Shown: positions 42,920 to 57,293, counted from the stretch's first letter. The stretch: DNA of 64,000 bases from the human T2T-CHM13v2.0 reference genome, Homo sapiens (GCF_009914755.1 NC_060944.1), one strand, 5' to 3'. A program made the numbers and translations. The notes: generated by a model not told the origin, from the letters alone.

Positions 42920-43746
42920 TAATGATAGCTGCTTTAAAAATCCTTGCCAGACAATCCCAACATCAGTACCATCTTGGTATTGGCATCTGTTGATTGCCTG
43001 TTCTCATTCTGGTTGACTTTTTCTGTTTTCTGACATGACAAGTAATATTCAATATTATCAGTACTTTGGGTATTATGAAACTCTGATTCCTTTTTATATT
43101 TTCTACTTTAGCATGCATTCAACCTGCTTCAATTCAGAATGCACATCATGACTCACTTCTGTGGTCTGTGAGTTTGAATGTCAGTTTGGTTTCAAATTCA
43201 GCGTTATCTTGGTCTGCTCTGCCTGTGTGCTACCCAGAGACCAGTGGATACCCAGAAACCCGAGTGGTATTCCACAGCATAGCTCAGTTCTTAAAGCTTT
43301 TGCTGTGTTAATTCTGATGAGTTTCACACATAGGCCACTTGGGGATGTGCACAAATTGAAAGACGCTTTTTCCGCAGCTCCCTCCTCTCTGTTATTCTGC
43401 CCACACTCTCTGTGAGGGGGTAGGTGCTGCCTCTGTTACTGCAGGACAGGTGGTAGTCAACAGGGCTCTACCCTAGAGTGTCCATAGCATCCCATGGGAA
43501 GAAGGAGGAGGGAGGGGGTGTCACCTCTTATCCCATTAGTGCAGGATGGGGCTCATTAATAGAGCTCCACTTGTCTCCAGAATCACTGGTGAGGAAGGGG
43601 AGTGTTGCCCCCACATTCGTGCACAGCAGGGATGGTTCACCGAACTCCACACCAGTCTCTGCAGAGCCTGTTGGGGAGAGGAGGGCTGTGGTTTCTTTGA
43701 TGGTGTTCACCTGGAGTAGAGCAAGTATTGTCAAAAGGGTCATCCT

Positions 43747-43837
43747 CGGAGGTTGCAGTGAGCCGAGATCGCACCATTGCACTGCAGCCTGGGAGACAGA
43801 GCAAGACTCCATCTCAAAAAAAAAAAAAAAAAAAAAA
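43747..43837 (+). mobile_element. Severely 5'-truncated Alu (3' ~70 bp plus poly-A)
   Basis: TSD aaagggtcatcct / aaaggccatcct. Confidence 0.9.
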
Positions 43838-44461
43838 GGCCATCCTTCATTACTGTCCTCTTCTAGGTCCTTTGACTAGAGAAAGCATTTTCCTTAGGAC
43901 TTTTGTTGTCTGTGCTTGTTGGTCATTTCAGATTGTGCCTTCCTCTAGTGCCCAGGTTGAAATACGTGAACACTACGAAAGCCTCTGGGAACTCCCTGCC
44001 AGGTCATCCCTTGAGACTTAAGTTTCCTTGCCAGTCTGCCTAGTTTACTTCACCTTTAGAGGTTTCTGATAGTTGCTTTATGTATTTTGTCTAGTTTTTA
44101 GTTGTAATTAGCAGAAGGAATAGGGTGGAGTCCACTTACTTTATCTTGTGTGAACATGGAAGCCCCATGTATTTTTTAAATAAACTTTTTGAGGTGTAAT
44201 TTACATGAAATAAAATGTACCCATTTAAAGTATACATTTCCATGAGATTGACAAATGTGTATATCCACGTAACCCTAACCACAATCAAGATATAGAACAC
44301 TCCCATTACCCCAAAAGGTTCCCTTTGTCTTCCTTCCTAGTCAGTTTCCTCCATCCTGAGCCTCAGACCTGGCCTGATTTCTGCCAGTGTAAGTTGAACT
44401 TGTCTTTTCTAGAGTTCCATATGAAGAAAATCACATAGAACGTAATGTTTGTAAAAGTCTG

Positions 44462-44772
<311 letters not shown>

Positions 44773-44889
44773 TTATTATAATATCTGTGAGATTCATCCA
44801 TATTGTTGGCATTTCAGTAGTTCATTCCTTTTTATGTTTGTTTTTGCTTTCATTTGAATTGTCACTATCCTATGCTCTTGCCTGACAGA

Positions 44890-45497
44890 CCCTGAGAGCC
44901 TACTGACCACAGCAGCTCCTGTTACCACGGCTGCCGTTTCTGCTCTCAATGCTACTGCTCATTGATCCCAGGGAGGAAAATTCTGGTGCATCACTTAGTA
45001 TTTATTTCAGGTATGGTTAGGACATTTCAGAATAAAGGATGGCTTCTTCTGGATGTATCTGAATTGATCTGCTGTCGTCATATACTTATGAATCACATGC
45101 TCAGACCAAAGTACATAAAAAAGTCATTCTCTTTCCAGACAATTTTAGGGGTTTGTAACCTTGGTCTTATATTGCTCCATGGCCTATGAATTAGTAACAG
45201 GACTAGTGAAATTCCTAGTAACATAGTCCTGTTACTACAAGATTACCCATATCCTTTGATGATCCATCTACTGCAAACTCATAGAATTTACTGGACAGTC
45301 TTCTTCATTTTATGTAAGAATGACCACTGTATCATCATATGTCAATGTCCTGCATAACTGTCACCACCCCTCCATGCCGAATACCTGGTAGCTTGTGATG
45401 AGTTGAGAACCTCACTAAACAGTCTTATCCACATCCTCAGGTTCTCTGAGGTTTTCCTTCTGTCCAGTCCATGCACTTGTACCCCTGGTGGTCGAAG
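44890..45497 (-). mobile_element. Highly decayed non-LTR retrotransposon RT fragment (RTE/L4-like)
   Basis: Minus-strand LTYDDTVVILT*NEED (45298-45345) aligns without gaps to a YADDVVILAENEED-type RT motif; LFSEVLN upstream (45402-45422). Extent uncertain. Confidence 0.45.
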
Positions 45498-45499
45498 TA

Positions 45500-45878
45500 C
45501 AGTCACGCACTGCGTATGATGTTCTCATCAGTGGTGGGCTGCATACACAGCAGTGGTCCCATAAAACCATAATGAAGCTCAAAAATTCCTATTGCCAACT
45601 GGCATAACGTCATGTAGTGACACATGACCTTTTCTATGTTTAGATCTGTTCAGATACACAAATCCTTACCACTGTATTCCAATTGCCTGTAGTATTCAAC
45701 AGTCACTGTACAAACCTGCTGTATAGTTTTGTAGCCTAGGAGCTACAGGTTGTACCGTATAGCCTAGGTGTGTGGTAGGTAGGCTATACTATACAGATTT
45801 GTGTAAGTATACTCTATGATGTTCACACAATGGTGAAATCTCCTAATGACACATTTCTCAGAATGTCTCCCCATCACT
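45500..45878. mobile_element. Tigger-family DNA transposon (Tigger3/MER7-like)
   Basis: TA|CAGTCA start; gtggtcccataa...cctaatgacacatttctcagaatg signature. Confidence 0.7.
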
Positions 45879-46149
45879 TTGGCCAGCTGACTCAGTTTGT
45901 GATGGCAATTGTGAGACCAGTTGAAGGGCGATCTGACCTGTATATTCTCTTGGTTAATTGTATTTACAAATTGGATACATGATTTCTCTGATTGCTCTCT
46001 TCACAAACTACATTTGAATATACAAATGAAGTGCTAAGTGGTTTTTATACAGGGAAACAAAGCCAGTTTTGTTTTCTACCAATGCAAGTTTGGATAAATT
46101 CTTTTCAAGAAGATGACTAAATATTTCCCATTTAGCAAAGTCCTCAGAT

Positions 46150-46400
46150 AAAGAGATGCCAGGTATTTCTCGTTATGTTGGTTTCTGTATTACTATCTGT
46201 TCAGACACAAGCGTCCTTAAAAATGTGCTTAGTTGTAATTTCTTCATAGATTTCAACCAAAACAACATATTGCAAGATTGAATGCAGAAGTAGATGTGAG
46301 AACTCATTCTATTAAGCCAAGCGTAAATGTTTAAAAATGTAAAATAATACCACTCTTCTGATATGTTTTGGGAGAAAATATGTTTGTGGAAAATATACCT
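46150..46400 (+). mobile_element. Charlie1-like hAT fragment
   Basis: gattgaatgcagaagtagatgtgagaa...ctattaagcca signature. Confidence 0.6.
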
Positions 46401-46789
46401 ATCAAAGAAATATCAGAAACCTTCCAAACTGAAGGACATGTGTATCCAGATTAAAATGACCTTCCAAATGCTTAACATAGTAAACAAAAAACAGGAGGAA
46501 AAGGAGGGGAGAAAAGAAAAAAAGAAGACTCACACAAGGCCGTGTTACGACATTTCATCATACCATAGATAAATCAGATCCTGAAAGATTTCAGAAAGGA
46601 ATATGAGATCACACATAAAGGAACAGGAATCAAAATGACATTACCCTTCTCAACAACACTGGAAGCTCCAAGAGAGTGCAGCAATGCTTTCATCCTCAGA
46701 GAAAATAATTATCAATACAAAATAATATTCCCAGCTAAGCTATCAATCATGAGGGTAGAAGAAAGGCATTTTTAGCCATTGCGTGGGAG

Positions 46790-47075
46790 TGCTATAATAA
46801 TGGTCCCAGTGAACCACACCTCCCTGTATCCGCACCACTTTGCAATGAGAAATTTGCTGTTTCTCCTAGTGAGAGAGGGAGTCTATTTCTTTACCCTTGG
46901 GCCTGGGCTGGCCTGGTGACTTGTTTTGACCAATACATGGAAGAAGTGACATTATGTGAGTTCTGCAGCTGAAGCTTTAAGAGGCCTTGAAGTTTCTCCT
47001 CACCTTCTTGGAACCTTGAGACCACCATGCTGTGAGAAGCCTGGGCATATCTACTGGAGGCCGAGGGGCCACATG
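46790..47075 (+). mobile_element. MaLR LTR fragment (MLT1G/H-like)
   Basis: ccctgtatcc...gggctggcctggtgacttgttttgaccaata...gaagtgac. Confidence 0.65.
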
Positions 47076-48120
47076 ACACGTGTAAAACTCATACGTCAAG
47101 ATATGGTAATATAATGTGAAATTCCTAGAGCAGCTTAATGCTAGTCTCTATTTGGCTACCTTTTTCTTTAGAATTGCTTATATAGTTAGTGTCTGAGATT
47201 TTTGTTATATTTTGCAAATATTTTCTCTCCATTATAGCTCATCATCTTTTAGCTTTGTTTATGGCATGTTTTTATGATAGAGAAGTTTCATTTTTTATTT
47301 TTAAGTGGTTACATCTATTAATAATTTCCTTTGTGTCTCTGAGGTTTTGTTGCTTAAGAAGGACTTCTCAAAGATTTAACCTTATTTTTTACTTAAAGAG
47401 CAAAAAAAAAAAAAAAAAAAAAACAAAAAACAAAACACGATCACAATATAAGCCAGTATAAGCAACTGGTTCGTGCAGGATGGTGGTAGTTATCAAAGAG
47501 AGCGGGGGGTCTAAAGCTCTAAGGAGTCGTCTGGAGAAAGCCAGGCAGAGACTTGCTGCTTTTCTATTCTACTTCTTTCCCTTCTCATCCAGCTTGAAAG
47601 CTGCACCCATCAAGTGCGTCCTGAATCTGACGATTCACTATCTTCACTTCCGCCAGTCTGCTCCAGGCCTCCATCCTTTCTGGCCTAAATGAACCCCAAA
47701 GCTGGCTTGTGTCCTGCATCCATCCACCACTCTTGCCCTTGTTTCACTTATCTATTGCTGTGAAATAAACTTCAAAACCAAGTGATTCAGTCTCACAACT
47801 CTGGTTTTCCTGGGCTGAGTGGGGTGGTTCCTCTATTCATGTGATGTGGCTGGAGCTGTGGGCATTTGTGGGCTTGAATGGGCTGAGTGTTCACCGTGGT
47901 TCATTCACATGGTGGCAGCTGGCTAGGTTCTCAGCTAGGACGATGGCCTCTCCATGTAGCTTGGGCTCAGAGCTAGTGTTCTGAGAAGGAAGTAGAAGCT
48001 GGCAGTCCTATTGAGGCCTGGGCTTGAAGTCCCAGAACATCCTTTCCCACTGCCTTGTAATGATCAAAGTAGTCACAAGGCCAGCCTAGATTCAAGGGCT
48101 TGGAGGAATACTACCTTTCA

Positions 48121-48279
<159 letters not shown>

Positions 48280-49591
48280 TCAGACCTTGTCTCAAAACAC
48301 TCTCCCCAAAACAAATAGACATAATTCTCCTGCTGGAATCCACTGCTCACTAGACTTACATTGTAATAGCCTGCCTCACCTGGCCCCTGCCTAACTCTGT
48401 CCCTCACACCTTTGCTCTGTCTCTAAAGGTCATACTGGTGTTTCCCCAGCACCCCAAACTCACCACCCTTCAGGGACTTAGCCTAGAACAATTTTCCTCC
48501 AGGACTTCACTTGGCCACTTCACTCCATTGCTTCCAGACGGCTGGCATTATTTGCCCATCTGTTTTGGGTCTCCTTCACTGGCATGAATGTAAGGTCCTT
48601 GCCAGCAGCACTTTTCTGTCCTATCCTACATTCACTCTTAGCATCTAGAATGGTGTTATCACAGGAAAGGCATAAAAGTATACTCTGTGGTTAACTGAAT
48701 TTACTTGCCTAAATCTTGGGCATGTGATGCTTTGAGAAATATACAAATTAATGTTAAACAGAACCACAGTGGTCAGTAACAGGCACATCCAAGGATACAC
48801 TAGTCCTGCATACATACCCACTGGCATGTTTCTACCTTCCTAATAAGAGCTGACAGCCGTTTTGCTGCATGCTGTACAGGACAGCTGCTGCTGCAAACTC
48901 AGCCTCTGATGGGCCCATAGTCGATCTGCCCACTGCATGCCTTGAACTCAGGGAATTCAGACGAAATCATCACACACTCCAGCCAGAAGCTAGAGGGCTG
49001 CCGGCCTTGACATTTTAATGCATTTTTGGTGTCAGCTGCCCTTCACTGATTCACTCAATTCTAGAGGTCTGAATGAGAATCCCTACACGCTTCTCAGGGG
49101 TTCTGAAGAAGCCAGTGTAGCCCAAGGTCATCAACCCAAGTGAACCCACATTTATCCAGGAAGCAAGAGGTGTGGCAAGGGCAGAATTCTAACAGACATC
49201 CATTCCACATGTGTCAGAGACAAAACTAAGTCCAAGATAAAATCGACAAAGGCTATTTATTCATAAACGTGCAGCAGGGGAACCCTTCTGCTGAAACCTT
49301 TGTTTTGGTAAGTGTTCAGAGGTGTTTAGACGTTATAGAGTAAAAAGGAGAAATACTGACAGTGTTGACTTGGCAAATGTCATATAAGGGTAGGATTTGT
49401 GGAAGCAAGCCAAGAGACAAAGTGGTCTTCAAGTACATTTGACTTGATTAGCTTCAAGGAGGCAGGTGAGCAGTCTGGGAACATTTCAAAAGAGGAAAGG
49501 GGCGGAGAGTTTTCTGTGGCCAGCCATTTCCTGGAAAAAGTGATGGTTGATGGGATGCTTTTTTGCAGTCTATCATCATGGTTCTTAGGGG

Positions 49592-50169
49592 TGTAAAAAG
49601 TAAAGTGAGGTTCCTCTTCAAAGACTTTCCTCCCTGTCTAATTAAGAATAAATAGTAACTTCTCTTAGGAGCAAAACTTATTCAAAGACCTGTGCTAACA
49701 TTCTTAAATATCTGCTAGCCGTAATAAAGAAATCAATGTACTTTATGTTCTTAGCTCCCACAATTTAGCCTATTTGCCCTGGCAATGCTTATACTGGTCC
49801 AAGCAAGCATTAGGTCATAGCCTGTTCCTCTTCCTTATCTGAAGGTGTTTTTACCTTTCTCAGCATTCCACAAGTTACTTCCTCCTTCATTCTCCTCTGC
49901 CTTTGCCTCTTTTAAAAAGGTCTAAGTTGCTAGCCAATCAGGACAAATACAGAATGTGAGGTCCCGTTCCAGCCAATGGAAACTGGACACAGCAGTAAAG
50001 TGGACTTGTCAAGTTATAAATGACCCTGTCTCCTTTGTTCGGTGTTCTCTCGTGGCAAAACTGCTGGCGAGTGTACCCTTTCTGCAGAAAGTATAAAAAT
50101 GACCTTGCTGAAGAAATTAATGTTCAAGTGCTATTTCTTTGCGGCACTGAAGAACAAGCATTTCAAACA
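49592..50169 (+). mobile_element. Solo ERV1 LTR of the LTR10 (HERV-I) family, nested in an older LTR (~49210-50235)
   Basis: TGTAAAAAGTAAAG...CA termini; CCAAT boxes and TATAAA; imperfect TSD gggg/gagg. Confidence 0.8.
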
Positions 50170-50716
50170 GAGGGTAGGGTGGGGTGGTGGTGGTGGTGTT
50201 ATGTGGTTGCCACAGCTAAGTTAAGTTTTTCACATGGATCATTAACTTTCAAATAATTAAAATTTTAGAGATGCAAGGTATCTTAAAGTTCATCTGGTCA
50301 CTCTGACCACCCACATTCCCACTCTCATCCCAAGTTCATTTAATGGATGGAAAAACTCAAACAAAAGGTAGTTTGGCATCTAACCCTTAGCAAAGGTTAG
50401 ATGTGGAATTAGAAGTTTTCCTGAATCCTAGGACTGTAGTATAACCATCATGCATTTCAAAAGTAAAACAAAAAAGGAAATTTAAAAAAAGAAAATACAG
50501 TAAGTAGCCACATAAACCGCTTCTAGCTGGGTCCACTGGTCCCCCTGCTTCTTGTTTATTAACGGAATCTGTTCAGGGGCTCTAGGGCTCAGAGCTTTAG
50601 GGGAGTCTGAGCCCTTCTCCAGCCCTGGGGTGATGGGTCTTGATTGATCCAGGTCAAATTCTCCACAGATTTAATTCTGGCCAATGAATATGAGAAGAAA
50701 TGAGAAGGTGGAAAGG

Positions 50717-51099
50717 TGTCTTAGTCTACTTTTTGCTGCTATAATAAAAATACCAATACATGGGGTAAATTATAATGAAGAGAAATTTATCTCATGGAGT
50801 TCTGGAGGCTGGGGAGTCCCAAAATCAAGGTGTTGGCATCTGGTGAGGAGCTTCTTGCTGTCCACCCCATGGTGGAGGGTGGAAGGGCAGAAAGAGAGAG
50901 AGGGCTGGAGGCCAATAGGTGGCTGAACTCATTTTTTTATGAGGAACCCACTCCCATAATAACAGCATTAATCCACTCATGAGAGCAGAGCCCCCATGAC
51001 CCAACCATTTCCCATTAGGTCCTACCTCCCCACACCCACTGCACTGGGGATCAAGTTTCCAACACATGGAACTTTGGGAGACACATTCACGACATAGCA
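50717..51099 (-). mobile_element. MaLR LTR (MST-like)
   Basis: tgtcttagtc...gctgctataa...ggagacacattca...atagca. Confidence 0.8.
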
Positions 51100-52165
51100 G
51101 AGGACCACTGGAGAAAGGAAGGTTTTTAAAGATTTTTTTTAGGACACCATGGAAGTGATAGCCATTGGACATGGATGGTGTTTTTGTTTTTGGCATGGGA
51201 AAAGGCTTATACAACTCTGGTCAACTTGGCAACACTAATCAAAAGTCAAAATCTCCTTTGACCCTAGGGATCCCCTACTATTAACAGTATTATATCTTAT
51301 AGAACCTAGGTATTTAGGAAAGAAAAAAATGTTCAAAGATGTATTGACATTTAATAAAAGCAAATAACTGGACATAACCCAGCTATCCAAATACAGGCTA
51401 TCAGGAAACACTGTGAAGGACTTTGAAATAGGTCTTGCCCACTGCCCCCACCCCTGCCTCCAATTACTGAGTGTTCTGTCTAATCTAGCCCACCTTTCTG
51501 AGTTGATTCCCTTTCATTTCACTGCCTTTGAGCTACTTTACAATTACGTAAATTAAGGGAAACTGATAATGCAGATGATTCTTGTTCATAGAAATGCAAA
51601 TTGTGACCAATGGAATATAACTGATTATTGTTCTGCAGGTATCAGCCAATTTTGCCAGTTTTGTAACTACGAAGCAAACTCATTTCAGCATTCCTGCTAG
51701 GCTTATAATTATTTGTTCTTTGGATTCTCCTTTGAGCCAATTAAAGTGTCCTACTGGTTCTCTCAATAATTAACAAGTTAAATACAATCATCTTTAACAT
51801 GTTACTTTTATATTTGTATGAGTCATAATTTTAACTTCTAAAAAAATTATCCTTTAACAAGGTAGTTAAGTAAATTTAATGTTCATGTGGTATAATTTAC
51901 TTAGCAGCCCTCTTAAAACAGTTATAAAAACCATATGGCAACAGGGACAAATACTCCTGATAAAAATGGCAAGTGGGGAAAAAAGCAGAAATGCAAAATT
52001 TGTACTACGTTGTGATTAAAGCTAAACGTTGTAAGTGCTTAGGGCAAGAAATAGGAAGGAGAAAAAAAATTGAAGTTGGATTTGTTTGTTAGGGTGGTAG
52101 GATCCTGGATTAAAAAAAAAAAACAAAACCCTGACATTATTCTGTTATACATTAAAAATAATATT

Positions 52166-52945
<780 letters not shown>

Positions 52946-54164
52946 TCCAGAGGATTTCCCTGAAATGCCAAGTTCAGTGAGAACAGCTTCCCATATGCCT
53001 GAGTGAAGGCACAATACTGACTGTGCGAAAGGACATAGTGTGGGACTCCATTTAAATTAAATGTCAGAACAGGCAACACTAGCCTATGGTGGAAAAGAAT
53101 TACAATTACCACCTCCAAGGGCGGGGTGGGGTTGACTGGGGAAGGCCATATTGGAATTTTCTGGTATGGTGATGTTCTTTATCCTGGCAGGGGCACAAAA
53201 GTGTAAACAAACACTACTCTCTAGTCTAGTCAATGACACGTACTGGGGGAATTGTAGTGATGTCTGCCATTTACTCTGAAGAGACATAATGGATAGTTTG
53301 ATGGACAGATGGATAGACAGGTGATATATAGATACAGTAACATGTTTATGATAGAATCTAGGTGGTGGGTATACAGGTGTTCATTTTAATCATCTTTGTG
53401 TTGTTTGAGAATTTTTATAAAAATGTTGGGGATGGTAAGATGTGACCCTGGCACTCTAAAAACCATAAATTAACAAAAAGAACTTAGAAAGCCATTAAGC
53501 AAGCTGTTGAATAATTTCCTTTTTAAAATCAATGGTTCTCAACCTGGGCAATTTTGGAAGGTGTCTAGAAAGGTGTGGGAGCATTCTTGACGGTCTCTAG
53601 AACTCTCAGTAAGGGCAAAGTGTTCCTGGCACCCAGGGCAGGGTCCAGAGAAGCTACTGCAACCACGCAGCCTCTCCACAGGACTGTCTTTCTACATTAA
53701 ATGTTACTGAGGAATACCAATTTAAAATCAGAGTCTTCTCTTCGTATCTCATTAATTTGCTTGCAGTTGCTTGTAGCACATCTCCAAGTGGACTGTGACT
53801 CACTTCTCAAAAATGTGTTGTATCTCCCACTTTTCTGTAACCCAAGAACCCCGAGCATAGTGCTGTACCCAGAACACATATTTAATAAACATTTGGTAAC
53901 AGGGGAGGGGATGTTCCCTGACTATCCCAGCTTGCCCTTTCAGGCAGCTCCTTTGATGCAAACCTACCCCACATTCCCCCTCCTCTGACCCCCAACCCGT
54001 TAATAGCCAGTGAGGAAGGATGTTCACTGCTGCATTCTTCTGCCAAGACACAATCTTGAAACTGCATCCCCACTGCCACCCTCCTTCACCCTGCCCAACC
54101 CCATCCCCCTGCACCAAATGGCAGGGGAGGCACCTGAAAATAACCACCATGACACAGAGCTGAG

Positions 54165-55254
54165 AAAAGCCGGCATAAAGCACTTTTATTGCAATAATAA
54201 AACTTGAGACTCATAAATGGTGCTGGGGGAAGGGTGCAGCAACGATTTCTCACCAAATCACTACACAGGACAGCAAAGGGGTGAGAAGGGGCTGAGGGAG
54301 GAAAAGCCAGGAAACTGAGATCAGCAGAGGGAGCCAAGCATCAAAAAACAGGAGATGCTGAAGCTGCGATGACCAGCATCATTTTCTTAAGAGAACATTC
54401 AAGGATTTGTCATGATGGCTGGGCTTTCACTGGGTGTTAAGTCTACAAACAGCACCTTCAATTGAAACTGTCAATTAAAGTTCTTAAGATTTAGGAAGTG
54501 GTGGAGCTTGGAAAGTTATGAGATTACAAAATTCCTGAAAGTCCATTAGAAAAACCACAGGATGAAAAAAAAAAAAGGCCACAAAGAAGGCTTCAGAGGT
54601 CCCTGCTGGCCCAGGGACAGATACCTGTAGTGTCCAGCATTGCAGTGAACATGATCTACTTTCAAAGGCAGAGGGTTTAAGGGGAGGGTGGGTGGGAATG
54701 GTGGAGGCAAAGGCTCTCCCCATCCCCACCTCAGTTTTAGGTAGGGCTTTTAATTTAACCCAAAGACATCTCTCAACTTGGAGAGTAATTCAGTCCTCAA
54801 CAGCGCCTCAAATCTGCTATGGCTTTGCAGCGCAGCAGCAAGAATGTTTAATATATAATAGATAAAAATTTCATCCAAAAAATTAAAATAAAATATTCTT
54901 GCAAACCCCCCCCCAACACCAATTCCTATTCTAATGTTAACCTACCACTTGTGCTGTTAATACTTGACCATGTACTTAATTGGAAACCTATATCCAAAAG
55001 ACTGAAACTGAATCTTCACCCCAAAATGAAAACAAAATAAAATGAGTAACTTGAGGTTTATGGCATATAGTTTAGGTAAACACACATACGAGGAGAAAGG
55101 GGAAGAGGAAACAGAGGTGTCGGAAGCAAAGCTGAGTGACAGAACACATTCAGTCAGGGCAGATGTCTATACAAAGTGGAGTGGAACATCAGGAAAAGCT
55201 CCATATGGATTCATGTGCACATGTCTGGAGGCACCAGATCCCTCCACGGCAGAT
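54165..55254 (-). other. FKBP1A: FKBP1A terminal 3'UTR exon (cleavage site approximate)
   Basis: Acceptor ccccaacag|ATCTGCC at 55254; repeat-free UTR-like sequence; minus-strand AATAAA at 54185-54190. Confidence 0.88.
54185..54190 (-). terminator. FKBP1A: FKBP1A distal poly(A) signal AATAAA
   Basis: TTTATT on the + strand; GU/U-rich sequence downstream on the minus strand (ctgtgtcatggtggttattttc). Confidence 0.85.
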
Positions 55255-55552
55255 CTGTTGGGGACAGAAAATCTGTGAGTTTCCAGCAACTCAGTGTTCT
55301 TTGTGTGCAGTGGCGACAGCCACGATGCCATCTGCCACGCCAAATCCCTTCCCCAACAGCTGAGCAGTCTGAGACCAAGCCACTTCTGTTCCAGCTGGAG
55401 ACAGCCAGAAAGACTTGGGCTGGGTCCCAGGTGAAACAAACTTTCTCCTTAAATTGATCTGTGTGTTTTGTTTAATCTAAGGTTAAGTTTGCCTTGCTGA
55501 GGACAGCAGGAGGGCTAGCCACCCATGCTGCTGACAATACAGTTCCCCACTA

Positions 55553-55732
55553 TCATTGGGTCTCAAACTGTGCTACATATAGGCATCACCTGGGGGCTTT
55601 AAAAAACTCTTAATGCCTGGGTTCCACTCCCATGATTATGATTAACTGGTTTAGGGTTTGACCTGGGCATCAGGAAAGTCTTAAAAATTTCCCAGGTGAC
55701 TCTCATGTGCAGTCCAGACTGAGAATAAACTG
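55553..55732. mobile_element. MER5A-like hAT element in the FKBP1A 3'UTR intron
   Basis: atcacctggggg...cccaggtgactctcatgtgcag inverted structure. Confidence 0.75.
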
Positions 55733-56981
55733 GTCATTCATAATGTTGAGTATACTGGGAAAATATCTCCAGTATTCATTCATTCACTCAACTTAAAACT
55801 TTCTGGGTTTGCCCTTGGATTTTCCTTCCAGACTCTTGCAAGAAGCTGAGACATTCTTTGGCAGTGGGTTGGGAGGGTTACTCGGGGTGACTTGTAGCCT
55901 TTATCCCTCTCTCCCCTCCCTCTACCTCATCAAGTTTACAGAAAGCCTGTTCCCAACCAGGAAAATAATTCCAAGGCTCCCTCGAGTACAGTTATGTTCA
56001 AAAAATGACTCAGCTCTCAAAGAACAGGAAAGGGATTTTGGCCTAGGTGCAGACCTCTGGGCAGACAAAGGCCCTGTAAAGTGCCAGGGATTCCCTCCCA
56101 GTAGCAATGACAGGTGAAGAAACCAGTTATCAAACTTAACCAGGCCTGTATTACCAAGGTGTGTGTGGTTCAAACAGAGAGTTTAAAAAGCCCCTCCACT
56201 TACAGATGTGCACAACAGGACCAGGTTACAAGTAGCTCTGACTGCCATCACAAATAGGATGGCAGCCATTTGTTGTGGCTTTCAAACAAAAGTGTCCTCA
56301 CCCAGGCCTTGGCTGTGACCCTCTGGTTCCTATGGCAGGAGGGGAGCAAATAAAAAGGTCTGGGGCCAGTTGGAAGGAAGCCAGTAGCATTCATGTACTT
56401 AATGATTCTAACACTTACATGAAAAGTTACGTGCTACTAGGATACTGAGTTTAGTTCCTAAGAAATGAGGGTGGAAGAGGGGAAAATCAACAAACAGGGG
56501 CTCTGGTCCTACTTTGCCACTGCCTGGATGTGACCTTGAGTAAGGCCTTTCTCTCTGGCCCTGTTTCCTTACTGTTGCACAATAAAGCTGATGCAGAGGC
56601 CCCTAAGATCCCTTCCTAGAACTGTCTGATCTAAGAGCATCCTTTCAACTTCACAAGCATCCTCTGGCTTCATTTTTCCACTTCACTCACTGATAAGCTG
56701 GCCTGGGGGCCTCAAGTGTCCTGGGTGTGGACCCTGAGCAGGTGGACCGATGCAGGAATGCCTCCCTCATACCATCTAATAGGCAGTAACCACAAACCAC
56801 AGTGAAGAGAGAGCCGCAGAAGCTAGGACATGATATTCATATCCAAAGGGCTTTTTTTTTCCCCCTCTAGCTTCTAGAAACACAGGGTAGAACAAAGTCA
56901 TTCATTAAGAGTCTTATTTCCAAAGAACTAAAATGTTGGCACTACAAATTTGGCCTACATTTCCATAGTCCTCAATTCAGT

Positions 56982-56987
56982 TTTAAT
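56982..56987 (-). terminator. FKBP1A: Candidate proximal poly(A) signal ATTAAA for a short FKBP1A isoform reading into the 3'UTR intron
   Basis: ATTAAA ~270 nt past the unspliced donor, preceded by a UGUA-containing U-rich tract. Short-3'UTR FKBP12 isoforms are known. Confidence 0.6.
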
Positions 56988-57293
56988 TTATAAACTACAT
57001 AGAAAAACATTTAAACAGCTGCCATCTCCATGAGTTGAACTGGGAACATACACATGCCAATTCCTTTCCTTAGGGTGACCAATTTTTACATTCAAAGCAT
57101 ACACTAATAACACTGAAAGGATACTCAATACAGAAAGAATGCAGGGGGAAAAATAGCCTTGTGGTGTTTTTTGTTCTCTCTGCTACCCATCAAACGCTGG
57201 GCATAACATGGGAGGAGCAAAGGCAGTGAAGGGCCCTTCAGTATTCCATTTCCTTACCCAAGAACAGGGAGCTAAGGGAGGAGGCCATTCCTG

